A stretch of 63,948 nt of DNA, filler included, from Cercozoa sp. M6MM (lineage: Eukaryota > Protista > Endomyxa: Ascetosporea): NCBI GenBank assembly GCA_040357565.1. It is 16 parts of 16 records of this genome, joined end to end, with 100 filler letters (N's around TTAATTAATTAA, not from the genome) between each part and the next. Parts side by side here need not be neighbours in the genome. Positions count along the whole stretch, not along the records: positions 49,253 to 58,942 come from JBDODJ010000468.1; positions 59,043 to 61,074 come from JBDODJ010001859.1; positions 61,175 to 62,828 come from JBDODJ010001961.1; 13 more parts are not named here. One strand, 5' to 3'. The notes beneath the pieces were generated by a model that saw nothing but the letters and a program-made list of their open reading frames with translations, was not told the origin of the DNA and made no database searches. Within the stretch, counting starts at the first letter, position 1; each line of letters opens with the position of its first letter. Below are positions 49,540 through 61,203 of this stretch, one piece after another. The position numbers and the translations under genes were made by a program.

Positions 49540-50945
49540 TTAGGCGTGCCGCTGGAAGAGCGGAGGTCGCGGATAGGACTCGCCTTCGAAGTGCACCATG
49601 TTGGCCGGCTGCTCAACGCAAAATTGTTGTCGATTTGCCTGTAAACATCGAGGACACAAACAGGTCGAACCGGAAGCGGCGGTTGGAGACCGGTAGCAAG
49701 CGGAATTGGCGACAATTCTTCGAGACTGTCGCGCATAGCGTGCATGTCGTTGGGCTCGTCTGGTGCAACATTCTGGGTCATGAGCGTACAATATACAAAT
49801 AATGCTAGCTCGTCAGTACTCAAGCCGTAGTCGATGGAACGACGCGAACCGCCGCCGATAGACGTGAGAGAAATGCGCGCCTCTACATACGCAACAAGCA
49901 AGTAAATTTGAAGCACTAAGATGGGAGCGCAGACTGTACCTTCCAGGCCAAGTTGCATGTGGTCTGGCAGCGGCGACATGTCGAAGATGGCCGAGTACTC
50001 GCGACTGCTCAACGAGAGCGTGCAACGTGGCGTTTCACCTGTACTACCTCCAGTTGCTGCCGATAATGTTGCCGTTCCAGCTTCCGCCCGAGTTTTGGCG
50101 GGTGCCGTCGGAAGTGCCACGAAGGGCGCAGCAGTTGCTGCAGTGTTTTGACTCGTGTTTGTGTTTGTTTCGTCGTCGTTATCGTTGCAGAGACTTCCGG
50201 TCACGCTGACGGTCAGACCGTCGCGTGCTGCGAGACGTGCACTTCGACGAGTGCGCACGTCAGCTAAATACCATACTGTAAAAAGATAACAATAAAAGTA
50301 CATCCCGAAAATTGTACCTGTCGCTGGGCATTCGGGCTCTGGAGAAGGCGCTGCCGCACTTATGGCAGTGAGTTGTTGCTGTAGCATTCCGACCTGTTGA
50401 CGCAGGTGGATCACTGTCTCGCACGCGCATTGCAGCACACTCGTCTTGTCGGGTCTTTGAACAGGGAATGTGCAGTATGCAGATGCGAGACTTCTGTTCA
50501 TCTGAAGTCATAATTTACCGGCCAACACGAGTGCCTTCGTCACCGATGTCGTCCTTCATTCCCAACAGATCAGCCAGTCGCTGCAGAGTGCAAGCAAGAT
50601 GTGTGTTTGTTCTTCTCAACTGAGAAACTACACAACTGTTCCATCAACGCACCTGAAAGCCAGCCGCAATTTCGACACGGCGTTGCTTTTCCCTCTAAAT
50701 TTATAAATTTAGCTAAAAATAAGACAGCAGTTGCAATGCAGTGACTAACAAACAAACCTCGTTTTTACGCTCCTTCTTCGCCTTTTTCGACGCATCTGTT
50801 ATGCGGATTGCGCGCCCGCGACGTCGCTTAGGCTCGCAGTGGATCTAGGCACAGTCCGAGAAGCGAGGATCAACCGGGACAAAACAATCGTGTTCAGCTA
50901 GAAAATCACCATGCTCAAAGCGGCACTCAAATTCGCCGCCGGCAT
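49540..50945 (-). CDS. bHLH transcription factor
   Basis: Spliced KKERKNE|REKQRRVEIAAGFQ|RLADLL...|PDKTSVLQCACETVIHLRQQVGMLQQQL gives a basic ExxRR, helix 1, loop, DK..VL helix 2 and a short zipper. Confidence 0.8.
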
Positions 50946-51002
50946 TTGCCAGGACGGAGTCACTTGAGCATCCATAGTTGTTCAAGACAATAGTGGTCTA
51001 TT

Positions 51003-54000
51003 ATGAGACGTGGTCTCGTCACTCGCGCATTGCTAGATCGGAAACGACTGCCGCACAGTCTTATGCCCGAGTGCAAGCACGTCGATTTCGTTTCTCCGAA
51101 GCTTCGGTCCATGACTGACTCGGAGCATCCTCTGACTTGCCAGTGCGGTTGATGTTGAGGAGGATGGACGAGAGAGAAATTACATTTCGACATGCGTTCT
51201 CCCTGGGACAAAAGACTGTCAGTTTTAATATAATACTTAAATTAAGTCAGGAGCGTCAAAGCCGTAAAAGCAAAGTGTCCCCCAGGCACTTAAGCGGACT
51301 CATTGTCGCCATTTAAGCTTGATTTTTTGTATTTTCCATCAAGAACCATTTAAGATTATTCACTGGCGGTGGATTTTTGTATTTTCCAGTTGCAACGGGG
51401 GGTTGATTCAACTGACTCACACCGACAGCTGACTGACAGAGAGAAACGCCAACAAAAAAGGCGGGGGCTGCTGTATCTCTGAAAGAAGCACACCTGTCCC
51501 TGCAAGCAAGGCCAGTGCGTTTCGATCAGTAGGTACAATTTTTTACTGACGGTTACACTTTTGGTACCCAAGCACCGCATCACTGTCAAGATTAGCTGCA
51601 CCATGAACTTGCGTTTGGGCCGGAAGTTGTCTTGCCAGCGCCGCTTGGCTTCACCGCCTGGCTTGCTCCCTGGCAACCAGCGAATTTGTAAAATAATGTC
51701 GGCAGTCCAGTTCGGCCCAGAATCAATTTACATCTGACTTTTTGCAGTGGGGCACCTCCCGTTGATTGTAAGAAAAGCACGCGTGGGCGTACCATTTGGT
51801 GCTGTTGTTGCCGAGCTGTTTGGTATGGTTTGCGTTCAAGTCAGCTTCGTCCGTTCATTGCCAGTGTTTTTTGTTTGTTTCAGACAAGGATGAAGAAGGA
51901 CGGGAGACGGCGCAGATCTCGCTTCCTGGTAGTGGCGATTGCGTGGTCATCACGCGATCGCCGCTTGTGGTTAAGGAAATACTGCAACAGCAAATGCGCA
52001 CCGGAGGTACAAGGGTTGCTATAAATACAATAACATAATCCTTTTGGTAAATTACTTGAAGTCGTGGCAGATGCAACTTTAAGTTTACTGTGACCAGTGG
52101 CCGAACGAGTGAACGGGCCAATGTTCGACTTGTTTTTTGAGGAACTTGCCAAAGGTACTAATGGGACAATTTCGTCCAGAGAACTTACTTCTGTGTGCAT
52201 TACAGGTAGCAAGGAGTTCGCGCCAGTGAAGCCTGGCATGCTTGGAAGTCAAGGCCAGGTGCTTTCGGGCATCTGAGCATGCAATTTGGAACTGATTGAC
52301 ACTAGTAAACGTGTGAAGAGATGGAAAGAACTCCGCACTGCAGTGTCGCCCGTTTTGATGAAACCTCAGGTATAAAAACTGGAAACATACCATGAACCCA
52401 GTTGGCAATTTTGACTCTAGGCGAGCGCCGCGCTGGCGAAACAGTTCGCTCCGATTGCTCGAGACTTTGTCGAATTCGTCAAGTCATCGAGTCAGAACGC
52501 CCAGCTACCGGAAGAAGTGGCTCAGTACCTGGACACAATCGGCAGTGGCAAGAGAGTTGGTAGTTGAGAATTGAAATGAGCTTCTTTACTAAATAGTTTA
52601 TAGGCGTGCTACTCAACACAAACCGCTCGATGATGAACCTTGCACTGGAAAGCATTGTTGCAGTGATCACTAACATGCGACTCGGCGTGATTCCGCCACT
52701 GTCTCGGTATATCCCACTTCCAGGGTCTCTTCTTGATCGGTTTCATTCTTTTGTGTTTAGTGAGTCGGCCGAGTTGTTCACGAAAGAGGAACATGTGGAT
52801 TTTCTCGATACTGGTATCGGTTAAATTTACCTACTGTGCTTTTGGGCTGAGAACAACTGTATGGGATAGTACACGCCTTCTTCCACGCCATGGGAGGCGC
52901 CGTGAAGATGGCGCCGCTGATTCCGCTGCACAAGCAACTGCGCCGCCTGTTCAACCGAGTAAGTTGCTTTCACAATTCAAACTTTGAAATTGAACAGGAT
53001 AAAACTCCATGGCTGTTAGGGCTTTCCGTCATTGGACAGTTTCGTGTATAATGGCTTGAAACTCATGCACATTGTGCGCACTGCTGTCGACAAGTCCATC
53101 GAGGTAATACGCTTATTCGTTGTGTTTGTTGAAAGTGATATCCGACTATCAGTGTTTGTAGGTTTCACCGGTGCAAGAAGTGGAACCACGCACTCTAGAT
53201 ATTGACAAACGCAGCGTACGCGACATGCTTCTGGTACAGCATTCACTTTGCCAACGCAAAGCAACAATGATCTGGACAAGTAGGACCACCCAACGCTGTC
53301 GAAAGAAGATGCTACGTCGGTTTTGCTCGAGTTGGGTATTTAAATTCGCAACTTGCATCTTATCCTGCTCATGTTGGATACAGTTGTGGCAGGAACTGAC
53401 ACAACATCGACTGTCCGTATGTTTCCGATACATTTAGAGCCTGTTTATCACAGGTCAAGTCAGTTAGATGGTTTCTACAGTGGTGTGGGTGCTGTATCAC
53501 ATGGCGACGAATCACGAACAGTTCGAACTCGTACGGGATGAAGGTAACTCGACCTTGAGAAAATTAAACTATAGTAACACAGAATCAGTTCGGGTGATTT
53601 AAATTAGTGCGAGCGCTCTATGAAGAGTCCAACAGCAATGATGAGGTAAATTGTACCCAGAAGTCAATTGTCTTAGTTCATGTTTGACTTTGTCAGGTGT
53701 TTGCGACGAAACTAACAAATGCACCGCGTCTTCGCGCAGTGTAAGTTTAAGTCTTCATCGTGCTTGTTTCATTCAGTTATGCATAAGTTGTACATTCTCT
53801 TCGGACTGCAGTGTGAACGAAACTTTGCGCTTGCGTCCACCTATCGACGGCACGACGCGTCGCATGCCTGAGGATCTGTCGTTGGAGAGGGCGTGCCCAG
53901 TCACTGGACCTTTCGCCGACTCTAGCAATTTCGGGGTAGCAACATACTGAATTGAACATGGTTCAATCACAAAATTACTTTGCGCAGAAGGTGGCCCCCA

Positions 54001-54643
54001 AAAACTCATTTGTGATCACACCGAATCAGACCATGGTACCATTTTTAGAAGGGTAAATTGACGACCTAAAAATTTAAATGCAGGCGATGGACAAGCGAGT
54101 GTTTGGTGACAATGTCGCCTCGTTCGATCACATGCGTTGGTATGATTTTGCTGACTTTCTTGTGAGAAGCTCGACTGGCCGATTTGTTAACAAAACAAAG
54201 GCTCAAACGCAACAAGAACGGGGATCTGAAGTTTGACCCGCTCGGCACTCCTGGTCAGTTTTAAGGTTTCAATCGAAATTTCGATTTCCATTGTTTTGGT
54301 GTTCCCTGGCAGTTCGCTTCTTTGGACTCGGCATGAGGCAATGTGTTGGGCGCCGTGTAGCTGCAGCAGAGGTATAATCTTGCTTCATTCTCTGGCGTGA
54401 AATTCTTTGACTACTTTAAGTTTAAACTTACGTGTTGCTGGAACAGATTCAGGTCGTTCTCGGCTTTCTCTTGTAAATTTACATTCAATTTCATCTATGT
54501 TACTCCCTTAAATATTGCTGCACTGCAGTGCCGAAGTCGAGCAGTTTTACCTTCTGCATGAGACTGGCTTTCAGCCCAAGGTGGACGAAGGATTGGTGCG
54601 CAAGCCTGGAGAAGCGATTCGCATCGCGATGAGTTTTCGCTGA
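51003..54643 (+). CDS. Cytochrome P450, many exons, 5' end uncertain
   Basis: WxxxR (RWKELR), I-helix AGTDTTS, K-helix ETLR, heme motif FGLGMRQCVG; stop TGA at 54641-54643. Confidence 0.92.
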
Positions 54644-54805
54644 TTCCACGACCCGCGACTAACCAGGCAGTTGACCGCCCACGCCCGAGGGATGTATTTA
54701 CTACCTGCGACTCGTGTGCGCACTTACCGCACCGACGCTCACAGCCAGTGAGTAACTCAACTTGGATTAGTTTGGATTCAACTTAAATTTACAACTGAGT
54801 CGCGC

Positions 54806-56327
54806 ATGCAACGTGTCGCAGCGGCCGAGGAGAATTACGTACGCTACCTCGAGAATCGTCTGCAAGAATGCCTGATCACTGAACGGCGCATGTTGTAACT
54901 TTCTTAGAGCTGTATCTTTCGGGTTGTTATAATTACTTCCGCACGGAGGATTTGCAGGCACCATCAAAACCTGCTGATTCGACGACTTGGACGCAAGCGC
55001 CGGCACCGAGAGTTGTTTGGGGAGTTTGATGATGCCAAGATCGGTCCTGCAAAGCTCAATGTAGTTTCCAGTCGTTCTTTGCAAGTGGATGACATTGTCG
55101 TGCCAGATTTTGAATGGGAACTCGACCCGCTCGATCTGCCAAAGATAGCTTCTGACAGGGAAGACCTTGTCGGTGAGCAGCGCAGCAAGAACCGCAACGG
55201 CAGCAGTGAAAACGACAGCAGCACTAGCGATTTGAAGAACCGTTTGCAGAGCTTCGTGAGTGAGGAGGACGCGACCGGTGACTACAGTGTCGACGCTGGA
55301 GATGATTTGGGCAAGTTGCACGCGTCGAGTGAGGAACTCGAGCAGTCGAGGATTCGGCACCGCGGCACTGCGAGTGTTTCCTCGATCGAAGCACTTTCCA
55401 GCGTCAACGGCAACGACATCATCGATCTTGACGAAAACACTCGAGTAGAGACTCCCGAGTACTTCAATTTTATCTTTTTACATTCTCCACTTGCTTGACA
55501 TTGCTGCTGTTGCGACAGGGAGCTCGAGCGAGAGTCTGCTTCGAAGCGACGACGTGTCGGCCAGTTTCTGCGTCGCAAGTGTGTGCACACGTGTACCAGA
55601 GGCACGTGCGCACCCAACTGTGACAAGGACAGCGAGCACGACGTACGTTTGTGAGAGTGAACTTCATTATGCTATTTTCAGACACATTTTTGAGTAGGCA
55701 CGCATGTCAAAGCACCGCTCCTGCACGCGTTACTGTCCTGGTCACAAAGCGATCGAAGCAAAGTACCCAGGCGAGATTTTTGTGGTAATTCAGTTGCACT
55801 CCTTGGTCGGATCGCTGAATACGGGGGAACCAAGCAGTGCAGGCACACGTGCGTGCCGACCAACCAGCAAGTTCCTGGTCAGGGCAGAATCACCGTGACG
55901 GCTGGGCGTGCGTGCCAGATGCTGCGCAAGGGCAAGTCGTCGCTCTACGCACATGAGACCAATATCAAGCTGCACCCGGGGTATCGTCGTCTCTGGATTC
56001 GTACACAATTTGTCAAAACCCAATTGCGCTTTCTACTGTAGCTGCACTGATGCGTGTCCCGTTCACCGTCGCATGCACGGTGCGAGCAAGAACCGGAACA
56101 GTGAAACACCGACCGTCGAACGCGAAGTGGTGTATACGAGTAGTGCTGCTTCCGCCGCAGCTGTCGCCGGCGCAAATGCCCACCTCAACACCAACAACAG
56201 CACCTCCAGCAGCCAACTTGGTCGCATCAATAGCACTTTTGACAAGAACGGAAACGCGACTCACGAAAACGACGCCCGACTTCATGATGACATGATTTCT
56301 GAAGAGGAATGTCTGCGCGTGGATTGA
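54806..56327 (+). CDS. Hypothetical acidic protein with two Cys/His modules (start uncertain)
   Basis: A long D/E/S-rich exon, NLS-like KRRR, then two CxHTC...HxxxxxxHxxCTxxCP modules assembled across GT-AG introns. Confidence 0.65.
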
Positions 56328-56494
56328 GACCCGACCAGTTCGGTTGCAATCCGTAACAAAACAACTGCAAAGGAAGTAACCTCGCCTGTAGATCAGTTAC
56401 GTTCGTTGGTTTCGGTTTCCCGGCCGTTCTTATTTAGCGTTAGTAGATACTGAAGTAACTGATCAACGGTTAACAAACACGGCGTCGCTTACGG

Positions 56495-58914
56495 TCAGGC
56501 AGGCACCGAGGCCGATTTGTGCTGCGTCGGCACATTGAGCGTATCGACCGGCGACTGCGCGTGCTGTAGTGGCGGCGACAAGTGCTGCTCGCGGTGGTGG
56601 TGTCCGCCGACGTGCACATGCGGTGGCGACGCCTGTGGTGCCTTGACGCGCCGGCGCGGCCGCTTGTCCCTCGGTGGCGTCTCCATCGTACGCGAGCGAC
56701 TGTGACGCTGTGAGGGGGGGGGGGTAGATGGAGCTAAGATGGGGGGGGGGGGTAAAGCCTACCTCGGACCCGCGGCGCAGCAGCTGCGAGTGCGAGCGCG
56801 TGTGCTCAAAGTAACGCGCAGCCGACCGCGGTGGCCACTCGGCCGACGGGTAGGGTGCCGGTAGAGTCACCTGCAGGAACCACGGGTGCGCTAGCGCCTG
56901 CTCGGCCGTGCAACGTTTCTGTGGGTCCGCGTGGAGTAGACACCTGCAAGGGAGGAGTGTAAAGGTAAGAGGTAAAAGGTAAGAGGTAAAAGGTAAGAGG
57001 TAAAGGGGGTGGGGAGAGAGTAATACTTGAGCAGTTGCTTGGCCTCGGGTGACACCTTCTGCCAGTGCCGATCAGAGAGGTCGATCTTGGCTGCCAAGGT
57101 GGCTGCGATGATGTCCTTCTTGCGCTGACCCTCGAACGGCAACCGACCGCGCAGCATCACATACAGGATCACGCCGCATGACCATAGGTCCACCTGGTGG
57201 GGGGGGGGGGTAGGATGGGTAGGAGTAAGATGGGTAGGGGTAGTGGGTAGGGGTAAGATAGGTAGGAGTAAGATGGGTAGGGGTAGGTGGGTAGGGGTAA
57301 GATGGGTAGGGGTAAAAAAGATAAGAGCACCTCCTGTCCGTAGCCGCGGTTCTGTAGCACCTCAGGTGCCACGTAGGCCAGTGTGCCACATGCCATGCGC
57401 ATCATCTCCTCCGGTGCCGCAAAGCGACTCAGTCCAAAGTCGCCCACCTGGTGAAGGTGAAGGGGAAGGGGAGGGTAAGGTGGGGATAGGGTAGGGAGGG
57501 TGGGTACCACGACAGCGTCGTCGCGATTGCGATCGCACACCATGATGTTCTCGGGCTTGAGGTCGCGGTGCACAATGCCACGATCGTGCAGGTACTTCAC
57601 CTGGGATACAGGGGGGTAGGGGGGGTAGGGAATAAGAAGATGGGGGGAGGGGTAAGGGAGTCGACATACCACATCGAGGATGCGGAACAAGACAGCGCGC
57701 GCCGTCCACTCGTCAAAACGTCGACGCTGCACGATGCGATCGAACAGGTCGCCGCCCTGTCCATGCACGGGTCCATTAGTACCAGTCCATTAGCACCAGT
57801 TCATTAGTACCCGTCCATTAGTATCCTAAAACCAGTCCAAATGGACAAGAGCACTGATCCTACCTGTACGAGGTCCATGACAATGTTGATCGAGTGCCGA
57901 TTCTCGAACACGTGTCGTATGTGCACAATGTGCGGATGGTGCACCAGTTTTAACACGGCGATTTCCGTGCGCAAAGCGTCGCGTTCGCGTGTTGTTAGGT
58001 GCCGCCCTGTCAGGGGGGGGGGNNNNNNNNNNNNNNNNNNNNNNNNNNNNNNNNNNNNNNNNNNNNNNNNNNNNNNNNNNNNNNNNNNNNNNNNNNNNNN
58101 NNNNNNNNNNNNNNNNNNNNNNTAAGGGGTAAGGGGTAGGGGTAGGGGGTAAGGGGTAGGGGGTAAGGGGGTAGGGGTAGGGGGTAAGGGAGTAGGGGTA
58201 AGGGGGTAGGGGGTAGGGAACAAAGAACGTACGATTGATCATCTTGATGGCATAGTGCCGACCCGTCTGTCGACACACGCACTCGCGCACCGTGCTAAAC
58301 TTGCCGCTGCCGAGTTCGCCGCGCACGTCGTACAGGTCGCTCACCTCGCGCGACTCTGTCTGCGTCGCCGCACGAAGCACCTCCAGCCACTGCTCTCTCT
58401 GCCAGAGGGAAAGGGGTACGGGGTACAGGGGTAGGGGTACTATGCGGGGGGTTAAACACTACCTCTCTTGCTGTACGTGCGTATAACCGTTTGGACGATT
58501 TCTGCCATGGGGGGGGGGGGGGGGTAAAGTAGGGTGTGGGCAAAGGGGGTCAACATACGAAATCCGACTCGGTTTCGTCCGTCGTTGTTTCGCCTGGACT
58601 GACATCTGAGAGGAGGGGTCAGAAGGGGGGTAAGAAGGAAGTCAGAAGGGGGTAAGAAGGGGGTAAGAAGGTGGGTATAAATCCTACCACCTGTATGCCA
58701 CGTGACCATGAAGCCGAAATGGCCTCGGCGTTCATCGCCACGCAGTACTTCGAGAAAGGCACCGCGCAGGTGCCACACCTGTATATATCCATGTCCGCGC
58801 GGACGCAGACAGATACAAGAAAGGGGGGTACATGCTGCGGCATGACGTCTTCTTCGTGTTTGAACGCGTACAAAAACGCATCGCGCACCACGAACCATCG
58901 CGTCGTCAGTTTGC
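56495..58914 (-). CDS. PH-domain CAMK-group kinase (CDPK7-like architecture), 5' partial
   Basis: PH domain ([14 protein letters not shown]...REQWLEVLR) directly before the kinase: [60 protein letters not shown]. Confidence 0.88.
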
Positions 58915-59082
58915 CTGTATCAAGGGGGTACAGGAGGTGGGTNNNNNNNNNNNNNNNNNNNNNNNNNNNNNNNNNNNNNNNNNNNNTTAATTAATTAANN
59001 NNNNNNNNNNNNNNNNNNNNNNNNNNNNNNNNNNNNNNNNNNCCTTTACCCCTCTACCCCCTACTCCCTCCCGGTGGCGCAG

Positions 59083-61064
59083 ACTGCGAGCCTCGCTGAA
59101 CTGGACGCTCGAGTCGCACGGCCTGGTGCCGCTGCGCATCGAGGCGCCCGTCCGCGCGGACGACGCGGAGCAACCGGCACCGTCCGCTGCTGATGTCGAC
59201 ACCGTCGTCACTGATCCTCCCGCACCGTCACTGCTCCAGTCGAACAGTGTCTCTGACGGTGTCACTGACGGTGTCGTCGTTGATCTCGAGAAACCGTCCG
59301 ATCACACCGTCGAGAAACCGTCGCCGAAACCGTCGCCAGTGAAGAAACCGTCGCACGTGATTCCCAAGAAACGTACGCGCTCGAGTGTTCGGACTCGCGC
59401 CGCTCTGGCTCAACAAACTTCGGCTCAACAAGCTTCGGCTCAACATGCTCCGACTCCGGCTCGGACCACTCGTACGCGTGCACAGACGCGCGCCCAGACG
59501 CGTGCGCGAGGACAGACCGACCTCGTGTCGCTCTTTGCGTCGCAGCACAGCAGACGGAGCGCGAGCGAAACGCGCGAAAACAAGAGCGAAAAACGCGAAA
59601 ACAAGAGCGAGAAACGCGAAAGCAGCGGCGAAACGCGCGAAACACGCGCCAATGCGGAAAGTCCGAAGCCGCGCAAACTCACGCGAAATCGCACGCAGCG
59701 ACAAAAGAAGCGAAAGACAGTCCGAAAAGTTGAGCGCGATCGTCCAAAACTGCAGTTGCCGGATGCCGATGCGGTTCTGTTCATGCGCTGGCGCTGTTTT
59801 GGGGTACCGAGTGCTCTTGAAATTCGGTGTTTTTGCTAGTTTTCTTAAGGGTGCGTTGTTGTCTCTCAGTGTGGCAAGTTCTTCTCGGCACGCAAGACTC
59901 TCCGTGGGCACGGTCAGAGGTGAGTTTTGTTTGCGTGTGTGTGCAGACGACTCGTTCGGTATGTTTGAGTCTGCTTTTTTGCAATTTTGCTCAGGTGTGG
60001 CGAGCGCGACCAACGAAAGCCGACCCACCCGACTGGCCCAGGTGGCGATGCAGGCAAGCTAAATGACCCAGCACGTCATCATGTGCTCGTTTTGGTAGGT
60101 CTGACTTGGGTTGTTTTTCCAAAATGCTTTCGAGTTTTGTCAGTTCAGTTGTGTTTTGGTATTTACGTATTTTGGTATCTTTGTGTGGTCAGATGGACCG
60201 TTTGGCGCTGTCGTACGCCGACAAGACGACCAAAATGAGAGTGCTGTCGCTGCTGCAGGGTCCTCTGGCCGTCAAGGAGTTCGAAGGCGTCACGGACTTT
60301 GCGTACATGAGTTTTTATTGAGGGGCTCTACTTGGCTGGAACAAGCAATGTGTGTATGTGTGTGCGTGTGCTCAGTAAGTGGCGCAGAGCAGTGCGAACA
60401 GAGTTGCGAAAGCGTCAGAAACAACTGTTGCAACAGTGCGGCAACAGGTATGTTCTATATATATGTACATATCTATAATATCTGTGTATATCTGTGTGTA
60501 TCTGTCTACAGATATTACTACATATCCGGATCGTATCCGTATCCACTGTATGCATGTAGCACGGACATTGACGTACAATACCATCACGAGGCATCGGCGT
60601 CGCCGGCATGGCGTCAGGACGAGCCGCTGCTGCGACGGTTTCCGGAGCTACTGGAGGTGCTGCGTGACAGCACCACCGACGATGACACCAGTGGTGACTC
60701 GGACGGTGACACCACTGACGGTGACTCGGACGGTGACTCTGACAGCACCGACACGACCGACAGCGACGACGACGAGCCGGTGCGCAAGCGGCGTCGCGTG
60801 CTCAGTACCAGTGACAGTAGCACGGACAGTACTGTCGGTGATGATGCCAATGACGATGCCAATGACGATAGAGACAGCGAGATCCTGGCACGTGCCACGG
60901 CCATCGTGGCAGACCGCGCGGCTTTCGTGCGACGGTGTGGCGTCCGCGCGGCCTGTGTGCTGCGCCGACGCGATCCCGACGCCGCCGATCCGTCGCTGCC
61001 GAGGTGGCGCGACGATCCCGATGCCTGTCGCTGGAGTCGCCGCTGCGAGGACGTGCTCAAGAGG
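59083..61064 (+). CDS. Hypothetical low-complexity nuclear-type protein, internal fragment
   Basis: Long P/T/R/K-rich exon, a possible single zinc finger CFG|CGKFFSARKTLRGHGQR|C, and an acidic D/S/T tract with RKRRR. Confidence 0.55.
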
Positions 61065-61203
61065 GTAGTTTACCNNNNNNNNNNNNNNNNNNNNNNNNNN
61101 NNNNNNNNNNNNNNNNNNTTAATTAATTAANNNNNNNNNNNNNNNNNNNNNNNNNNNNNNNNNNNNNNNNNNNNCCCCCCCCCCCGTTACCCCCTACCTC
61201 CAG

